A DNA stretch of 64,000 bases, taken from contig LSRY02000004.1 of assembly GCA_001643675.2 (NCBI GenBank), forward strand, positions 930,001 through 994,000, read 5' to 3'. This DNA comes from Monocercomonoides exilis PA203. Its lineage: Eukaryota; Protista; Preaxostyla. Below the pieces are notes generated by a model. The model was not told the origin of the DNA, searched no databases, and worked only from the letters and a program-made list of their open reading frames with translations. Positions 57,674-64,000 of this stretch are shown in pieces; the stretch's first letter is position 1; the number at the start of each line of letters is the position of its first letter. The position numbers and the translations under genes are program-made.

Positions 57674-58700
57674 AGTTTGAGGAGAGGGAGATGGAGAGGG
57701 AGAGGGAAGGAGAAGGAGAAGGGGAAGAGAAGGAAGAGGAAGAGGCGATTGAGGAAGGAGGAAAAAGAAAGGAGGAGGAGGAAGAGGTGGAATTTGTGCT
57801 TATTTTATCTTGTGTCTTTCTATCCTTTTTGTTATTTTTTATATCCTTTTGCCTTTTTTTTCTTCAATTAATTCACTTTCTTATTTTTTTTGATACATTC
57901 TTTTGCGTTGTATTTTGTTAAGGAAATTTATTGAAAATAGAAAAAAAAAAAATAATTTTTCAAAAAATTAATCAGAAATCTTTGTTGATTGCAATCTTAT
58001 ACATCTTTTTATTTGGACAGGATTATTTCGTTGGCAAATCTTTTTTTTTTATCAGTTTATCTTATTTTTTTTCTTGTTGTCATAATCATATGTTTTTTAT
58101 TCGCCTGTATAATTTGCAAAATTTTGTCATTAACTTATTTCCTTTCCTTTTTTTTTATTTTTATTTTTAATTTAATTTTATTTTTTTGCGTTAGAATGTG
58201 CAATCAGCAGTTTCTGGAGTTTTATCGATATGTTTGTTGTTTTAACACTGAAATATCATTAAAAAAAAAAATAAAATAGAAATATCTATGAATAGTTTCT
58301 TCTTTCTTTTTTCATTTCTCCTTTTATTTTGAAAAGAAAAGAAGATGAACTTGAGAAAAGAAAGGAAAACAAAATGAAGAACATCATGAGGCTTGAACAT
58401 AAAAGAATCAGAAAAATAGAAAATTCAAATAAAATAAATAAAATAAAATAGAATAAAATAGAATATAATAAAGTTATAATACAACACAATCCAAAGTTAA
58501 TTGAAGAAAAGAAAGAAAGAAAAAATATATAAAAAATTTCGTAAAAAAAGAAAAGAAAAGAAAATATTATGACATTATCAGAATTACATTTAAACATACT
58601 CACAAATATTTTAACTTATTTGCATTGCTTTTATTTCTTTTCATCCAACAAAAACGCAATATATTCAATGAATAAACATGAAAAATATATAAAAGCGCTT

Positions 58701-58808
58701 TTAAGGATGAGGTGTTTCCAAAGGTTTTTGTGTCTGCACATTTTGAGACTTTGCTAAAGTTGATGCAGATGTTGGTGTTGAAAGAGAAGAAGAAGAAGAA
58801 GAAGAAGT

Positions 58809-58839
<31 letters not shown>

Positions 58840-61800
58840 AGAGAAGAAGAATTAGCATTAGAACCAGATTTAGGAGAAGTAGTAGCAGTAATAGAAGCAT
58901 TACAAGCAGAAGAAGAAACATTAGAAGAAGTATTAGAATTTATCTGCACAGGAGTAGCTATCACAGAAATTGAGCCTCGTGTTCCAGAAGCAGAAATAGA
59001 CGAAGGAGAAACAGCAGACGCTGCAGCAAGTGTGCTTGCAAGTGAACTGGTCTGCCCAAACACAGAAGTCAATGGCACATACTTCTTTGGAAGTGGAGGA
59101 GGAGTGAAAGAAGAAGAAAGAGAAGAGGAAGTAGAAGAAGCAGTAGCTGCACTCAGCATCTGTGTTAAGGTAGCAATGATTGCCCTGAGTTGATTGTTCT
59201 CGTTCTGCAGTTGCTCCACGTCTTCTGCATAACATCCCATTGTGTGTGCTAATGTCGTCAGTGTGTGTGCTGGATGCTCACTTGGCGGAGATAGAGAGGA
59301 AAGAGGAGTCGAAGAAGACACAGAAGTCACAGATGTCACAGAAGAAGAAGGAGAAAGAGAAGGAGAAGAAACAGATGGAAGAGTCGCGAGTGAGTTCTGA
59401 GGGCGCAGTGATAGTGGAGACGTGCTCTGTTTTCCCTTCCCCCTTTCCTTATCCTTATCCTTCTCCTCCTTTTCCTTTTGAGGTGTTCCATTTGGTGTAC
59501 CATAGGGAGTGCCTCGTGTGAGTGAATGCAGCTGTGCCGTGGTGAGGGACATAGAGCGAGGCACCTGCGAAGACTGGCTCTTGTTCAGAGAGGAATAACG
59601 AGAGGGAAGAGAATCGTGGTCGAAGTGAGGAGGAGAAGGAGAGATGGAAGAGGCGCCATAAGAGCGGCCGGTGGATGAGTCAGAGATCTCGAAGCGGCGG
59701 CGGGGTGAGGCAAGAGAAGAGCAGGAGTTAACGAGGGAAGAAGAGGAAGGAGAAAGAGAGGAAGAGGGAGAAGAAGAAGAAGAGGAGGAGGAGGAGGAAG
59801 ATTTGGGTGAGGTGTAGACAGGTGTGGAGCTTGTGGAAGCGCTTCTGTGCAGAACAGGCTGAGTCTTTGAGTTGCTGTTGCTGCATTTGTCTGCGTCACA
59901 CCAGCTGAACCTGCCAATTCTGTGAGTCTCAGTCGATGTTGACTCTGGAGAAGTACTCGAGGAAGAAGAAGATAATGACGATGATGAATAAGGTGTGTTT
60001 GATTTGCTTTGAATGAATCCTGATGAAGTTCTGCTAAGTGGCGTCTTCGGCGATGTTGGCTGATGATAATTCGGCAGCAATGAAGACGTCGATGGAGAAA
60101 TGGCCGAAATTGACGACGAAAGAGGCACATCATTTTTGGCCATTCGAGGCGGAAGAGGAGCAGAAGGCTGTGAGCTAAGTGAGTTATACTGAAGTGCAGA
60201 TGAATCGGAAGAATAGGATAAACGAGAAGGAATAGAAGTTGAAGCACGGTTATCAGCAGCAGAAGCATCTAACGAAGAAGAAAGAGGCGACAAGCGTGTG
60301 ACTGACTCAGAAGTAGCATGAGACTCCATCGATTTGAGAGAAGGAGAGGCAGCTGAAGCATGAATGGCCTGAAATGGATTGTGCTGCGTGGCATTTTGTG
60401 ACTCGCCCAACACTCCCATGGAATGAGAGTAAGCAGACATCTGTGTGGTTGCCTGGGGGTTTGGATACAGCGACGACGAGCTGATCTCGGGATTGCGTGT
60501 GGAAGAAGAGAGATAGAATGGAACAAGCCCCGGAGGAAGTGATTTGTCGGGATTTGAACTGGAATTAGAACTGTCGCCTGAACTAGAAGTGTTGCTTGTT
60601 TCGGCTGCTTCTTTGGATTTTGAAGCTTGATCAGCCAGCTTATCGGTTGAATCTCTAATTGTGAACTTTGAACTGCTTTTTGCCACTTCTTTGGCTGTCT
60701 TCTCATCTTCTTTTTCATTCGCATTCGCATTGGAAGTCTCATTTTCTGCTTCTGCTTCTTCTTCCTCTTCCTCCTCTTGTTCTTCCTCTTCCTCTTCCTC
60801 ATCTTCGTTCTCTTCTCGACACGACTGCTTCACATCGCTAAAGTCCCACCCCATCCCTGATCCGTGCTTCCCTTGCCTCTCAAAGTCTATCGATGAACTG
60901 CGCGAGTCGCTCACCCCAAGAACATGCTCTATTTCCAAACTGTCGCTTGAAGGGGCTGCTTTGATACCTTCACCAAAACCTCCCGCGCTCCCTTTTCCCG
61001 CATCGGATGCAGCTTCTGCGCCTTTCTGCTGCTCTTTCTCTGCTTTCATTGCCTGCCTCTTCTTCTTTCTGATCAGCACTCTTGACACATATTCCTCGAG
61101 AAAGCTGTCTGGCTTTGCTTGCTGAATGAACTTGTGCTTCAGCAGCGCCAGCGGAGTACTCCGCTTGTTTGGGTCCTTCTGAAGACACTGCGACACAAAG
61201 TCGTGAAAATGCCTGGAAAACGACTTTGAATTATTCGGATCGCGCTTGGCTTTGTTTTTCTTTTGACGGCGCGAAGGAGAAGTGTCGGAAGACGAGTCAG
61301 CACCAAAATCATTGCTTTCACTTGAATCAGACTCCGTATCGTCATCTCTGTCATTCTCTTTTCTTCTTTCATTCGCTCTTCCGTTTAGCGCATGCTCATA
61401 TTCCTCTAAAGTAGGTGGAGGGCGATTTAAAACCATAGTCAGCACTTTCATTGGAGGATATTGAGAAAGGGGAACAGAAGCAGTTGCAAGTTCAATAGCA
61501 GTTATTCCCAAGGACCACACATCAGCTTTCATATCATACCCTCCAACTGTTGATTCTATAACTTCAGGAGCCATCCAGCAAGGAGTTCCAACAAATGTGT
61601 CTCTTTTCCCAACTCTTTCTCCATGCTCTATAAGAAATCCACTAACTCCAAAGTCTCCAAGATATACTCCTCCCTTTCTATCAAGAAGAATATTGGCAGC
61701 CTTTAAGTCTCGATGCATTTGACCTTGATTGTGGAGGTATACAAGTGCTTGCAAAACCCCTTTCAGAATTGTTGCTATTGCATCTTCAGTGAACCCATGC

Positions 61801-62208
61801 TTGAAGGAAAGTTTCAAAAGATCAAGACATGAACCTTCAAGAAGAGGCATAACAATCCAAAGTGTTGTTTCATGAATAAATGAAATATATATCCCACATA
61901 TATTCGGGTGCTTTAACTGTGAAAGAATTTGAATCTCTTTCTAATCATTTGAAATAAAAAAGCAAAAACGGCAATTCAAAACCAACTCAACTCAAAATTT
62001 AAAAAATATAGCACACAAGAGAATCATATATATTTCCTGGAAGTTTCTCTAAGTCAAGAATTTTAACTGCAACCAGAGTATCCAAAGAAAGGCACATGGC
62101 CTTGTATACGGTTGCTGAAGCTCCTTTTCCAATCACTTCAATAAGGCTATACCTTTTTGCATTAGCAGGAAATGTTTGCTCGTCTGAATTTTCAATTTTT
62201 AAGGTCAT
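58701..62208 (-). CDS. STE20-family Ser/Thr kinase, OSR1/SPAK/Fray (GCK-VI)-like, 2 exons
   Basis: IGKGASATVYKA, VAVKILDLE, intron 62016-61941, KEIQILSQLKHPNI, HRDLKAANILL, GDFGVSG, TFVGTPCWMAPEV, GYDMKADVWSLGITAIELATA, YPPMKVLTMVLNRPPP. Confidence 0.92.
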
Positions 62209-62331
62209 TAACAGAAATAAAACCGATTAATAAATGTTTCCATGATCCTTCACCTTAATATATAAAATATTTCCATTTAAGAAAATAATAAAAGGACAGA
62301 TAAAAATAAATAATTAATATTTTTTCAGTAA

Positions 62332-64000
62332 ATGAGCAAAAAATGCAAAAATACAAATACTCTGAATAACTGCGAAGAATATGTTATTCACAAACGATTT
62401 TATCTTCCAGAAAAATCAGGTGAATTATTAGAAAGAACTTTTTTTTGCGATTCATGTTCTTCAACATTTACATTTAACATCCCGAATAACTTTAGGTATA
62501 ATTCGATTTTAAATGTGAAGTGCTCAAGTTTATTGTAATGCTTTTAGTTTTAATTCTGATCAATGCAAAATTCTATGCTTTTATCATAAGTTCTCAGATA
62601 TATTATTTACTCGCAGATTTAGCTGTAATATTTGCTTACCCAATGAAACTGGAAGAAAAGAGTACAAAGCAATCCCTCTTGATTATGCGGATTCTCCTCA
62701 TATTCTTGCTAACGAAGATATTGTTCATGTACCGTTTATTTATCTTTTAATGAATCAATCAAACAAAAGTTCTAATCAAGATCATGTGTTAATCGTAGCA
62801 AATACTTCTATTCTAGCTAATTTAGCAAAAGAAGCTATTTTAAATGAAATTCCAACAATGATAAGACCTTCTCACTTTTTTGCTGTGAGAGGATTGACAG
62901 ATTCAACAAAGGATCGACTAAACGCGTTACAGCTGGATATGTTAGAAAGAGGAGAATCTTTTTTGAAACAAAAAATGAATGAACAAAAAATGCCTGAATC
63001 AGATTCTTCAGAAGATATTGTTTTTGAACATAACGCATCAGAAGTTCGAGCAGAAGAACAAGAAATGACAGAAATCTCAAAGGAAGAAGAAGAAGAAATC
63101 AGAAAATTCATAGATTTTTTGGAACTTTGCAAATATGAAAGCGAATTGTTTCATGTAACATTATGCGTATGCTGCATCTATAATTATAAATGTTTACGGG
63201 ATGCCGCTGCCCTTGCAAATGCTGCAAGGGAAATTCTCGAACTTTGCAGGAATAAGATGGCAGATGAAGCTTGGATAAAAAGATTTTTGAATCAGAGAAA
63301 TAAGGATTTTTATGAAAAGGAAGATGCTTCAATTGCTGAAGAAGAAAAAGGAGAAAAAGGAGAAGATAAGAAAGATTGTATAAATGTCACATTATCCATT
63401 AAAGATCAAAACGAGAATGAGATTGGCAAAACCAAAGTTGAATCACATGAAGAAATGGAAAAGCAAAAAACATGCGCATCTATTGAAGATAATTGCTGCA
63501 ATGTGCTTTCGATGCCACAAGAAGACAAGGCAACTGACGAAAAACTTGATATTTTCAGTGAAGAGAAAGAAAACAATAATCTGATTGTAAAAGCAGAAAG
63601 TGGAAAAATTGATGAGCTCAAAGAAGGAGAAGAAAAAAAGATTGGAACAAGATCACAAGAAGATGTTGAATTAAAAGAAGAAACGCAAAAGAAGGAGAGA
63701 TTTGAGAAACGAAAAGAGAAGAAAGAAGAAAAAAAGAGAAGAAGATATGAGAGATATAATAAAACTCCCAGTCAAAACTCAAATTTTCTGAGAAAAGATG
63801 AGTTGGAATGGATTCAATTTGTTTTAAAAGAAATTGATTGGGAACAGAAAGTTAAAAATGTTGTTATATTGGAGGATCAACAAAGAATGTTTACAAAGGA
63901 GAAGGAGAATGTTAAAAGCGAAAATAATTCCAATGAAAGGACATATAGAGATGGATCAATTATTTCATTTGATGGAGAGGCAGATAAAATTCCAAGTACA
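62332..64000 (+). CDS. Hypothetical protein, truncated by the window end; N-terminal CxxC..CxxC followed by a Glu/Lys-rich region
   Basis: Exon 62332-62495, intron 62496-62616 (gtataa..cgcag), then a stop-free frame to 64000 (RFSCNICLPNETGRKEYKAIPLDYADSPHILANED...). It is absent from the ORF track because it has no stop inside the window. Confidence 0.75.

Noticed and set aside
1-64000. Alternative genetic code (TAA/TAG = Gln, as in some oxymonads)
   Set aside because: Conserved genes end at TAA/TAG at the expected positions (alpha-SNAP, NAPRT, SNARE) and multi-kb ORFs contain none internally.

Overview
AT-rich, intron-rich eukaryotic DNA read with the standard code (TAA/TAG act as stops). 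It has short GT-AG introns and very Ser-rich (TCT/TCA) low-complexity coding tracts. The first gene belongs to an expanded beta-helix/TM/degenerate-kinase family that I associate with the amitochondriate oxymonad Monocercomonoides; that assignment is an inference. Genes in order: receptor-like pseudokinase; multi-exon coiled-coil protein; alpha-SNAP; ~3060-aa protein built on an unrecognised ~105-aa repeat; dynamin-related GTPase; SYP7-like Qc-SNARE; a spliced, divergent TopoVIB-like (MTOPVIB/TOPOVIBL) gene whose N-terminus the ORF track misses; a single-pass membrane protein; a C5orf34-like protein; a weak hypothetical gene; NAPRT; a giant tail-anchored Ser-rich protein with a PAM2 motif; an OSR1/SPAK-like STE20 kinase; and a gene running off the right edge. 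The 47.8-49.8 kb intergenic region holds three different fold-back palindromes and two copies of a 268-bp MITE-like element, one nested in a palindrome arm with a 4-bp target-site duplication. All splice models and family calls were made by eye.
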